A stretch of DNA of 13,782 nt from Nitrospirota bacterium (GTDB lineage: Bacteria; Nitrospirota; Thermodesulfovibrionia; Thermodesulfovibrionales; Dissulfurispiraceae), in the NCBI GenBank assembly GCA_040758355.1, contig JBFLWF010000046.1:1-13782 (forward strand), read 5' to 3'. Made by a program: the position numbers and the translations under genes. The notes below the pieces were generated by a model that was not told the DNA's origin, searched no databases, and saw nothing but the letters and a program-made list of their open reading frames with translations. Positions 1 through 7,573 of this stretch are shown in pieces. The number at the start of each line of letters is the position of its first letter. Position 1 is the first letter of the stretch.

Positions 1-122
1 CAAAATTCGTGTTATACAGAGAAGGGCTTACGGTCTCAGAGACGAGGAGTATCTGCGCCTGAAAATACTTACATGTATGCTCAAGGAGATATAAAATGAC
101 CCACTCGATTACACGAAGAGCC
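1..122 (+). mobile_element. ISL3-family insertion sequence, right end (IRR ends at 122)
   Basis: The transposase tail is followed by ...ACCCACTCGATTACACGAAGAGCC, whose reverse complement begins GGCTCTTC, typical of ISL3 termini. The AT-rich TAAAATAA (123-130) is a candidate 8-bp target duplication; the other end is not visible. Confidence 0.85.
2..94 (+). CDS. ISL3-family transposase, C-terminal fragment (truncated by window start)
   Basis: Frame +2 reads KIRVIQRRAYGLRDEEYLRLKILTCMLKEI-stop(92-94). This matches the characteristic ISL3 C-terminal motif (NNKI(K/R)xIxRxAYG(F/L)R...Y(L/F)xLKI). Confidence 0.88.
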   Translation, partial: KIRVIQRRAYGLRDEEYLRLKILTCMLKEI

Positions 123-130
123 TAAAATAA

Positions 131-263
131 TTTCAAATAACAAAGACCAAAAAGCTTAAACAACAATGAATTGACATTTGGACTTTGAAACTTTAAACTT
201 TATTTGACATTTGGACTTTGAAACTTGAGCTTTATTTGTAATTTGGATTTTGTCATTTGAACT
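131..263. repeat. Inverted array of degenerate heptamers (CAAA-type units, then TTGACAT/TTGGACT/TTGAAAC-type units) including a 33-bp-period tandem duplication
   Basis: TTGACATTTGGACTTTGAAACTT occurs at 171-193 and 204-226. TT-initial (mostly TTG) 7-mers continue to 263. Complementary CAAA-type units (TCAAATA ACAAAGA CCAAAAA) lie at 133-153. Confidence 0.8.
171..199 (+). promoter_or_regulatory. Candidate sigma70 promoter for the cheW operon
   Basis: TTGACA (171-176) - 17 bp - TAAACT (194-199), about 85 bp upstream of the cheW ATG. It lies in AT-rich repeats, so it could be coincidental. Confidence 0.5.
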
Positions 264-284
264 TTACACTAAGGGGGGTTTGAT

Positions 285-809
285 ATGAACGAAGTCGTAG
301 CATTATCAGGCACAACAGATGTTATGAAATCTTCAGGGAGCAATGCGATATTACAACTCGTAACCTTCACCCTCGGCAACGAGGAATATGCTGTGGATAT
401 CCTGAAGGTTCAGGAAATAAACAGGATGAAGGAGATTACAAGGGTACCCAACTCGCCATCTTATGTTGAAGGGGTGATAAACCTCAGGGGAAAGGTGATA
501 CCGGTAGTGAATCTCAGAAGGAAGTTCGGCCTTGCTGAAAGGGAAAGCGACGAGCAGTCGAGGATAATGATAATGGACATACAGGGCATTACCATGGGCC
601 TTGTGGTGGATTCGGTATCCGAGGTCTTGAGGGTGCCTTCAGACATCGTGGAACCAACGCCGCCCATGGCATCGAACATAAGCACGGAGTTTATAAAGGG
701 CATAGCAAAGCTTGAGGACAGGCTCATAATACTCCTCGACATGGACAGGCTGCTGGGCAAATCAGAAGAGACGCTCATGATCGAGGCAACCACAAAGGCG
801 ATAGAATAA
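285..809 (+). CDS. cheW: Chemotaxis coupling protein CheW
   Basis: Motifs LVTFTLGNEEYAVDILKVQEI, ITRVPNSPSYVEGVINLRGKVIPVVNLR, GLVVDSVSEV, FIKGIAKLEDRLIILLD. G-rich SD upstream. Confidence 0.96.
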   Translation: MNEVVALSGTTDVMKSSGSNAILQLVTFTLGNEEYAVDILKVQEINRMKEITRVPNSPSYVEGVINLRGKVIPVVNLRRKFGLAERESDEQSRIMIMDIQGITMGLVVDSVSEVLRVPSDIVEPTPPMASNISTEFIKGIAKLEDRLIILLDMDRLLGKSEETLMIEATTKAIE

Positions 810-882
810 AGTGGAAGTGAAAGTGTAAGTGAAAGTGTATGTAAAGGATACATACACATGCACATACACATGCGCATACACT
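810..882. repeat. Inverted hexamer array (AGTG(A/T/G)A)n ... (T(A/G)CACA)n; imperfect hairpin
   Basis: Left arm 810-843 AGTGGA AGTGAA AGTGTA AGTGAA AGTGTA TGTA. Right arm 849-882 TACA TACACA TGCACA TACACA TGCGCA TACACT. A related copy is at 8970-9028. Confidence 0.88.
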
Positions 883-922
883 GCCTTTCAGTAAATAAAT
901 ATAAACAGAGGAGGTTTATCGT

Positions 923-2818
923 ATGAAGATCGGCACAAGTCTCAAAATCATTGTTGCAGTGCTGTTGACTTTTTCTTTAATCAGTGCGGTATCTGTTTTC
1001 TATCAGTTAAACAGGATGGCATCTGATGGGAATGTGGTCAACTATTCAGGCAGGCAGAGGGCAATATCTCAGAGACTGGCAAAATTTGTATTTGCAAAAC
1101 AGCATGGACATGATGCAGAAAGCAAGATAGCAGAACTCACAGGCAGCCTCGACAGGATAGTAAAAGGCCTGATAAATGGTGATGCTGAATGGAAGCTTCC
1201 AAAGGCAACTGATGAAAAAGCCCTTTCAAAAATGAGAGAGATTGAGTCATCATGGCAGAAATACAAAGAAGTAATTGAAAAGACAAAAAATGACCCATCA
1301 GCGTTGAAATCGGTCGTTGAAGAAAGCGAAAGCTTTTTGAAACTCGCCGATGAGGCAACCACTATCTTTGCAGCAGTATCGGAGGGCAAGGTAAAAACCT
1401 TAAAGACAATACAGATAATCCTTTTTGTGCTGAACCTCCTCATCCTTGCATTCATCTGGATAATGAGCAACAAAAAGATATCTACTCCCCTGTCTCATCT
1501 AACTGAAAATGTGGAAGAGATTGCTAACGGAAATCTTAAGATAACTATGGAAAGCTTAGGGAAAGACGAGATAGGTCTGCTTGCCCAGAATATGAACAAA
1601 ATGGTCCAGTCGTTCAATACTATGATAAACGGCATACTAACAGCCTCCAACAACGTAGTATCCACCGTGGACGTATTGAGGAACAGGGCAGAAAAGACAG
1701 CAGAGGGCGCTCAGAATCAATCGGGTCAGGCGCACCAGATAGCAACAGCAGCCTCGGAGATGAGCCAGACCATAACAGACATAGCAAGGAACGCATCTGT
1801 AGCATCCGAGACATCAGCCAATGCAATGGATGTTGCAGAAGGCGGAAAGGAGATTGCCAATAACGCAGTGGAGACAGTGAACAGGGTCTACACATCCACA
1901 GTAGAACTTTCCACAATGGTGGAGAAACTTAACAACAGGGCATCGGAGATAGGGGACATAGTAACAGTAATCAAAGACATCGCAGACCAGACAAACTTAT
2001 TGGCACTCAATGCAGCAATCGAGGCAGCCCGCGCAGGAGAACAGGGAAGGGGATTTGCGGTTGTCGCCGATGAGGTAAGGAAGCTTGCAGAAAGGACAAT
2101 AAAGGCAACAGCAGAGATCACAGAAAAGATACATGCAGTGCAGACAGAGTCCCAGCAGACAACAAAGTCCATGGAAGAGTCATCAGGAGAAGTGACAAAG
2201 GCAACACAGTATATAAGGAATGTGGGCGATGCACTGTTGTCCATAGTGCATGCAGTACAGAAAGTACGTGACCAGATAACACAGATAGCAACGGCAGTTG
2301 ACGAGCAGTCTGCTGCATCAGAAGAAGTGGCAAAGAACATAGAGAAGACATCGGCAATATCAAAGGATATGGAGAGGATGTCCGATGACGTGATGCATCA
2401 GGTGAACGGCCTGACAAAGATATCCGAGGAGTTGAGGAACTCCACAGCAAGATTCAAGACAAAGGGAAGCGAACTGATGATACTCGATATTGCAAAGACA
2501 GACCACAGGGTGTTTGTTGGGAAGATAGCATCGTGCTTAAAAGGAGATACGACACTTGACCCATCACAATTGCCGGACCATCACAACTGCAGGTTCGGCA
2601 AGTGGTATTTCGGAGAGGGAATGCAGATGTGCGGCAATCTTTCATCATTTAAGGCAGTGGATGAGCCACATGCAAGGATACATGCGATGGCAAAAGAGGC
2701 AGTCTCAGCATGCAATGCAGGCGACAAGCTAAAAGCAGAAAGACTTTATAAAGAGATAGAGAATATATCGGACCAGATAGGCAGCCTCCTCGATGGGATT
2801 AAGAGGGAGTGCAAGTAA
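923..2818 (+). CDS. Methyl-accepting chemotaxis protein: TM - PilJ/NarX-like periplasmic domain - TM - HAMP - MA signalling domain - C-terminal CZB domain
   Basis: Two hydrophobic helices; P-box-like [18 protein letters not shown] ([14 protein letters not shown]); [43 protein letters not shown] signature DH...[11 protein letters not shown]...HARIH. SD GGAGG. Confidence 0.95.
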   Translation: MKIGTSLKIIVAVLLTFSLISAVSVFYQLNRMASDGNVVNYSGRQRAISQRLAKFVFAKQHGHDAESKIAELTGSLDRIVKGLINGDAEWKLPKATDEKALSKMREIESSWQKYKEVIEKTKNDPSALKSVVEESESFLKLADEATTIFAAVSEGKVKTLKTIQIILFVLNLLILAFIWIMSNKKISTPLSHLTENVEEIANGNLKITMESLGKDEIGLLAQNMNKMVQSFNTMINGILTASNNVVSTVDVLRNRAEKTAEGAQNQSGQAHQIATAASEMSQTITDIARNASVASETSANAMDVAEGGKEIANNAVETVNRVYTSTVELSTMVEKLNNRASEIGDIVTVIKDIADQTNLLALNAAIEAARAGEQGRGFAVVADEVRKLAERTIKATAEITEKIHAVQTESQQTTKSMEESSGEVTKATQYIRNVGDALLSIVHAVQKVRDQITQIATAVDEQSAASEEVAKNIEKTSAISKDMERMSDDVMHQVNGLTKISEELRNSTARFKTKGSELMILDIAKTDHRVFVGKIASCLKGDTTLDPSQLPDHHNCRFGKWYFGEGMQMCGNLSSFKAVDEPHARIHAMAKEAVSACNAGDKLKAERLYKEIENISDQIGSLLDGIKRECK

Positions 2819-2821
2819 GAA

Positions 2822-4570
2822 ATGACTTTTGAATCTTCCATAACAGGGGCTGAAATAAAGGAAAGGCTTCAGTGGCTTGTTAAACTCAGGTGGGCAGGAT
2901 GCATTGGTGTGCTCATTGTCACCCATATTATCAGGGAAATAGCAGACCTGACCTTCTCGCTGATACCTGTTTATCTGATACTGGGGTTTGTTGCAGTCTA
3001 TAACGCCTACTTCCAGTATAAGCTTAAACTTCCGTCAGAAGACCTGCAAAAATGCGCAATCAAGCAGATTAGTCTTGATTTCATCGCCCTTGCCGCTGCC
3101 GTGTATTTTTCCGGAGGATGCGACAGCCCATTCTTATATTATTACATCTTCCACATCGTAATCAGCGGCATCATCCTGCCGAGGAAATGGACATTCAGGT
3201 TTGCTGTTGTTGCAATAGCCCTTCCCACAACGATTATGGGGCTTAAGCATCTGGGCATTTTGCCCCATTTTGCAGTATTCAGAAATGAACCGATGCTCTT
3301 CACAGACCTTTCTGTAATAGCGGCATACGGCGGCGTTTTTATAAGCACACTGCTCCTTACAGCATATTTTGTCACCTATCTTTCCGACAGACTCTATAAA
3401 AAACAGGAAGAAATAAGGAGGCTATACATACTTTCAGAAAAATTACGGTCTTCCATTGTCATGGATGAGGTAATAAAAACAGTCCGGGAAGAGCTGTCAT
3501 CATTATCAGGCCATACAAACATAATTTATATGCCATTGGACAGAAACAAGTTGAATCTGGTCTATGATAACGGCCTGAACAGCCTCAGCATTCCGCTTAC
3601 CGACAAAAACATATTTACAGACACGCTGGTAACCTGTGAGGCACATACCCTTGAATCCGTAGTCGTAAGCTCTGAGCACGAGGATAGGGTATTTAAGACC
3701 CTGATGAAGGATGCAAAAGAGATAGCTGTTCTGCCTGTGCGGGCAGCATTCTCGTCTAAATGCTACGACTATCATCACTGCCCGCCGGATACGGGCTGTA
3801 CCGCCTATGGCTCTGACGACAAGAGATGCTGGTATATTTCGGGTACCCACTGCCATGGAAAGATAATGAGGAACATCACCGAAAAACTCAAGGAGTGCGT
3901 TAAGTGCGATATGTTCATGCCGGTGGGAATCTTTATTGTGGATATTACAAAGAGTTCAAGGCTTGAGGCAAAATGCGACCTCGATGCATGCATGCGCCTG
4001 CTGGATGCAGCAAGCCTCGCCATATCCAATGCAAAACTCTTCGAGAAAACCCTCGAACTCTCGGAAATAGACGGCCTCACAGGAGTCAAAAACCGCAGGA
4101 CATTCCTCAAATTATTGGATTCCGAAGTGCACAGGGCGCACAGATACAACAAAAGTTTCGGACTCATGATGATGGACATCGATTATTTCAAACAATACAA
4201 TGATACTCACGGACATCCCCAGGGTGATATCCTCTTAAAGATTGTGGCGGATATTATCGGTGATAAGCTTCGGGACACAGACGCTGTCGGCAGGTATGGA
4301 GGAGAGGAGTTCATTGCACTGCTTCCTGAAACAAATAAAGAGGAATCTATAGCAATAGCAGAAAGAATAAGAAACGAGATAGAAAACTATAAATTCCCCC
4401 GTGCCGAAACACAGCCCGGAGGCAGGATTACACTAAGTGTCGGCGTTTCTTCTTATCCCGAGGATGGAAATTCGCCTGAAAGGGTTATGCAGTCTGCTGA
4501 CGATGCCCTCTATTCGGCAAAGAATATGGGAAGAAACAGGGTCGTCGTAGCAAATGTGCCGATAATATAA
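2822..4570 (+). CDS. Membrane-bound diguanylate cyclase (RegB-like multi-TM N-terminus, GAF-like region with Cys-rich insert, GGEEF domain)
   Basis: DGLTGVKNRR, MMDIDYFKQYNDTHGHPQGD, RDTD I-site (RxxD), RYGGEEF, ITLSVGVS, ADDALYSAKNMGRNRV. About 5-6 hydrophobic helices at the N-terminus, with LRW and SGGCDSPF. Confidence 0.93.
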   Translation: MTFESSITGAEIKERLQWLVKLRWAGCIGVLIVTHIIREIADLTFSLIPVYLILGFVAVYNAYFQYKLKLPSEDLQKCAIKQISLDFIALAAAVYFSGGCDSPFLYYYIFHIVISGIILPRKWTFRFAVVAIALPTTIMGLKHLGILPHFAVFRNEPMLFTDLSVIAAYGGVFISTLLLTAYFVTYLSDRLYKKQEEIRRLYILSEKLRSSIVMDEVIKTVREELSSLSGHTNIIYMPLDRNKLNLVYDNGLNSLSIPLTDKNIFTDTLVTCEAHTLESVVVSSEHEDRVFKTLMKDAKEIAVLPVRAAFSSKCYDYHHCPPDTGCTAYGSDDKRCWYISGTHCHGKIMRNITEKLKECVKCDMFMPVGIFIVDITKSSRLEAKCDLDACMRLLDAASLAISNAKLFEKTLELSEIDGLTGVKNRRTFLKLLDSEVHRAHRYNKSFGLMMMDIDYFKQYNDTHGHPQGDILLKIVADIIGDKLRDTDAVGRYGGEEFIALLPETNKEESIAIAERIRNEIENYKFPRAETQPGGRITLSVGVSSYPEDGNSPERVMQSADDALYSAKNMGRNRVVVANVPII

Positions 4571-4574
4571 AAAC

Positions 4575-4666
4575 AGTGACAAGTAATAAGTAACGAGTAA
4601 CGAGTTAAAGACTGCAAACTGTCGACTATTAGACTTCTCGTCACTCGTTACTAAAAACTCGTTACT
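4575..4666. repeat. Inverted heptamer array (AGTAACG)n ... (CTCGTTA)n between convergent genes; possible bidirectional terminator
   Basis: Left 4575-4605 AGTGACA AGTAATA AGTAACG AGTAACG AGT. Right 4637-4666 CTCGTCA CTCGTTA CT AAAAA CTCGTTA CT. Confidence 0.82.
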
Positions 4667-4671
4667 ATCTT

Positions 4672-6084
4672 TTAAATATCGTAGTACAGGAAGAACTCGT
4701 ATGGATGCGGCCTCAATCTCAGGGCATCCACTTCCCTCGTCCTCTTGTAATTTATCCATGTCTCGATGGCATCCTCTGTAAAGACATTGCCCTTCATCAG
4801 GAACTCGTGGTCTTCTTCGAGGTGGTTGAGTGCATCCTCGAGTGTTCCAGGCATTGTGGGCACTGATGCAAGCTCCTCAGGGCCGAGTTCATAGATGTCC
4901 TTATCGAGAGGCTCACCAGGATGGATCTTGTTCTCTATGCCGTCGAGCCCTGCCATCAGCATTGCAGAGAATGCGAGATATGTGTTGCATGAAGGGTCAG
5001 GGAACCTGACCTCGACCCTTTTTGCCTTAGGACTTGCGGAATAGGTAGGTATCCTTATGGATGCAGAGCGGTTCCTTGCAGAGTATGCGAGGTTGACCGG
5101 CGCCTCAAAGCCCGGTGTAAGTCTCTTGTACGAGTTTGTTGTCGGGTTTGTCAGAGCTGCAAGCGCCTTTGCATGCTTCAATATCCCGCCAACATAATAA
5201 AGGGCAAGTTCGCTTAAGCCTGCATAGCCATTGCCTGCAAAGAGAGGCTTTCCGCCTTTCCATATGCTCTGATGGACATGCATTCCAGAGCCATTGTCGC
5301 CGAATAAGGGCTTGGGCATAAATGTTACGGTTTTTCCGTGCCTTCTTGCAACGTTCTTGATTATGTATTTGAAGAGCATGTTCTTGTCAGCCATCGCAAC
5401 AAGGGAATCAAACCTCATGTCGATCTCAGCCTGTCCTGCTGTTGCGACCTCATGATGCTCTCTTTCCACGTAAATGCCAACCTTCTGCATCTCCATGACC
5501 ATCTCTGTTCTTAGATTTACCTGGCTGTCTGTTGGAGGTACAGGGAAATAACCTTCCTTATGCCTTGGCTTGTAGCCTAAGTTCGGATTTTCTTCACGTC
5601 CTGAGTTCCAGATACCCTCAACTGATTCTATAAAGTAATATCCGCTGTGTGCGTTCTGGTCAAACCTGATGCCGTCAAAAATAAAGAACTCTGCCTCGGG
5701 GCCGAAATATGCTGTATCTCCGATGCCTGTTGATTTAAGATAAGCCTCTGCCTTCTGTGCAATATACCTTGGGTCCCTTGTATAGAATTCCTTTGTGATC
5801 GGATCTACGATATTGCATATTAAACTTATTGTGGGATATTCCATGAAGGGATCCATAAAGGCTGTAGCCGGATCAGGTATTATAAGCATATCCGATGTGT
5901 GGATCGCCTGCCATCCCCTTATGGATGAGCCGTCAAAGCCAAGCCCCTCCTCAAATATCTCCTCTCTCAGTTCTGCTATCGGCACAGCAAAATGCTGCCA
6001 GATCCCGGGGAAATCAAGGAACTTGAAATTTGCCATAACCGCCTTGTTTTCCTGAGCCATTTTGATTACGTCCTTCGGTGTCAT
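4672..6084 (-). CDS. glnA: Glutamine synthetase type I (GSI-beta-like)
   Basis: [71 protein letters not shown]. The adenylylation-loop Tyr is retained (DKDIYEL). SD GGAGG. Confidence 0.98.
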   Translation of the reverse strand: MTPKDVIKMAQENKAVMANFKFLDFPGIWQHFAVPIAELREEIFEEGLGFDGSSIRGWQAIHTSDMLIIPDPATAFMDPFMEYPTISLICNIVDPITKEFYTRDPRYIAQKAEAYLKSTGIGDTAYFGPEAEFFIFDGIRFDQNAHSGYYFIESVEGIWNSGREENPNLGYKPRHKEGYFPVPPTDSQVNLRTEMVMEMQKVGIYVEREHHEVATAGQAEIDMRFDSLVAMADKNMLFKYIIKNVARRHGKTVTFMPKPLFGDNGSGMHVHQSIWKGGKPLFAGNGYAGLSELALYYVGGILKHAKALAALTNPTTNSYKRLTPGFEAPVNLAYSARNRSASIRIPTYSASPKAKRVEVRFPDPSCNTYLAFSAMLMAGLDGIENKIHPGEPLDKDIYELGPEELASVPTMPGTLEDALNHLEEDHEFLMKGNVFTEDAIETWINYKRTREVDALRLRPHPYEFFLYYDI

Positions 6085-6102
6085 ACTTCTCCTCCTTTAT
6101 TT

Positions 6103-6188
6103 AGTTAATGAGTTAATGAGTTGAAGGGTGAATGAGTGAAAGGAGATTTTAACCTCATATGCTCATTTACCCATATACTCATATACTA
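6103..6188. repeat. Inverted octamer array (AGTTAATG-type)n ... (CTCATATA-type)n between glnB and glnA
   Basis: Left AGTTAATG AGTTAATG AGTTGAAG GGTGAATG AGTGAAAG. Right CTCATATG CTCATTTA CCCATATA CTCATATA CTA. Confidence 0.8.
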
Positions 6189-6190
6189 TT

Positions 6191-6532
<342 letters not shown>

Positions 6533-6611
6533 TCACCTCCTATACCCTTGATTGCACAGATTTTATCAGATTACACAGATTAAAATTATAAATCTGTGTA
6601 ATCTATATTTA

Positions 6612-6742
6612 GTGTCTGTCCATAAACTCTAACTTTTTTGTCATTCCGGCTTGTCCGGAATCTTTCTGACGGCTTTACAGAAGGATTCCCGACGCGCTCC
6701 GCTTGCGGGAATGACAGCTTTTGGTAATTTATGGACAGACGC
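6612..6742. mobile_element. 131-bp MITE-like element with 15-bp terminal inverted repeats and a 6-bp direct repeat (TATTTA)
   Basis: TIRs GTGTCTGTCCATAAA (6612-6626) and TTTATGGACAGACGC (6728-6742) match 14/15. TATTTA lies at 6606-6611 and 6743-6748. An equivalent reading is 6611-6743 with a 4-bp ATTT duplication. No coding capacity. Confidence 0.82.
6639..6716. repeat. REP/dRS3-like palindromic unit nested inside the MITE
   Basis: TGTCATTCCGGCTTGTCCGGAATC ... GATTCCCGACGCGCTCCGCTTGCGGGAATGACA: two ATTCC..GGAAT hairpins, with outer TGTCATTCC/GGAATGACA complementarity. Confidence 0.7.
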
Positions 6743-6764
6743 TATTTAATCTGCGTAATCATTT

Positions 6765-7454
6765 TTAAAAAAATGCATTATAAAAATTCCACGCCCTTGC
6801 ATGATAGACCTCGTACAGCCTCTCGGTATCTGTCTTAAGTTTATCATGGTCTATATCCTCAGCCTTCAACCAATCATATATCATCTCTTTAGTTACTTCA
6901 ATATGAAACTGAAAAGCGTATGCCCTGTTGCCGTACCTGAATGCCTGATTCGGGAAGAGCTCTGAGCCTGCAAGCCTTACAGCGCCTTCGGGAATATCAA
7001 AGGTCTCGCCGTGCCAATGAAACACCTTAAACCTTTTCCACATGTCGCCAACATGAGGATGCACTGCAAGCTTTCTCATAAGGGCATCCGCAATCCCCTC
7101 GGGTGTAAGCTCTATATCGTGCCACCCTATTTCCTGCTCCTTGCCTTTATAGACCCTCGAACCCAATGCCTTTGCCATAATCTGCGCTCCGAGACATACG
7201 CCAAAAACGCTTTTACTGTCTGCAATAAACTCTCTGACCAGTTTTTCCTCTTTTTTTATGTAAGGGTAGATGTCGTCTTCATTAACACTCATAGGCCCGC
7301 CCATCATGAGCAGAGTATCGAAGTCTTTTGTATCGGGAATCCCCTCTCCCTTTGACAAATCAATGATCGTGCAAGGAATCTCTTTTATCCTGAGAAAATC
7401 CTCGATCGTCCCGGGGCCTTCTGTTGGTATGTTCTTACAGATCAAGACCGGCAT
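6765..7454 (-). CDS. Class I (type 1) glutamine amidotransferase-like protein
   Basis: Oxyanion strand MGGPMSV, nucleophile elbow GVCLGAQ, HWHGETF, and catalytic His-x-Glu in FQFHIE. No synthase domain. Confidence 0.92.
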   Translation of the reverse strand: MPVLICKNIPTEGPGTIEDFLRIKEIPCTIIDLSKGEGIPDTKDFDTLLMMGGPMSVNEDDIYPYIKKEEKLVREFIADSKSVFGVCLGAQIMAKALGSRVYKGKEQEIGWHDIELTPEGIADALMRKLAVHPHVGDMWKRFKVFHWHGETFDIPEGAVRLAGSELFPNQAFRYGNRAYAFQFHIEVTKEMIYDWLKAEDIDHDKLKTDTERLYEVYHARAWNFYNAFF

Positions 7455-7465
7455 GTATATAGTTA

Positions 7466-7481
7466 AGCAAGTGTTATGCCA
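7466..7481 (-). promoter_or_regulatory. sigma54 (-24/-12) promoter for GATase-glnB-glnA
   Basis: Minus strand TGGCATAACACTTGCT = TGGCA-N6-TTGC, exact GG-N10-GC spacing. Confidence 0.88.
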
Positions 7482-7532
7482 GAATAGGAACTATTGAAAA
7501 ATAACAAAATTTACTCAAAACAGAACATGTCC

Positions 7533-7571
7533 TGCTTAAAACAGAAGCACGTCATGCCTAAAAATTAGGCA
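7533..7571. promoter_or_regulatory. Two NtrC-like enhancer sites (TGC-N11-GCA)
   Basis: TGCTTAAAACAGAAGCA (7533-7549) and TGCCTAAAAATTAGGCA (7555-7571) are both 17-bp dyads, like the NtrC consensus TGCACC-N5-GGTGCA. Centres are 22 bp apart, upstream of the sigma54 promoter. Confidence 0.68.
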
Positions 7572-7573
7572 CA

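Larger units (their letters stand above)
6550..6760. repeat. Inverted nonamer array (CACAGATT-type ... AATCTGTGT-type) whose right arm is split by a MITE
   Basis: Left GATTGCACAGATTTTATCAGATTACACAGATT (6550-6581). Right AATCTGTGTAATCTA (6591-6605), resuming as AATCTGCGTAATC (6748-6760). Confidence 0.8.

Noticed and set aside
171..263. Possible CRISPR array (23-bp repeat with 33-bp period)
   Set aside because: Only two copies, the 10-bp intervening sequence is itself made of the same heptamers, and there are no unique spacers or cas genes.
461..877. Minus-strand 138-aa ORF beginning MRMCMCMCM
   Set aside because: Antisense to cheW; the low-complexity N-terminus is just the hexamer array translated.
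3896..3910. c-type heme motif in the DGC
   Set aside because: The sequence is CVKCD, lacking the His of CxxCH, and the region is predicted cytoplasmic.
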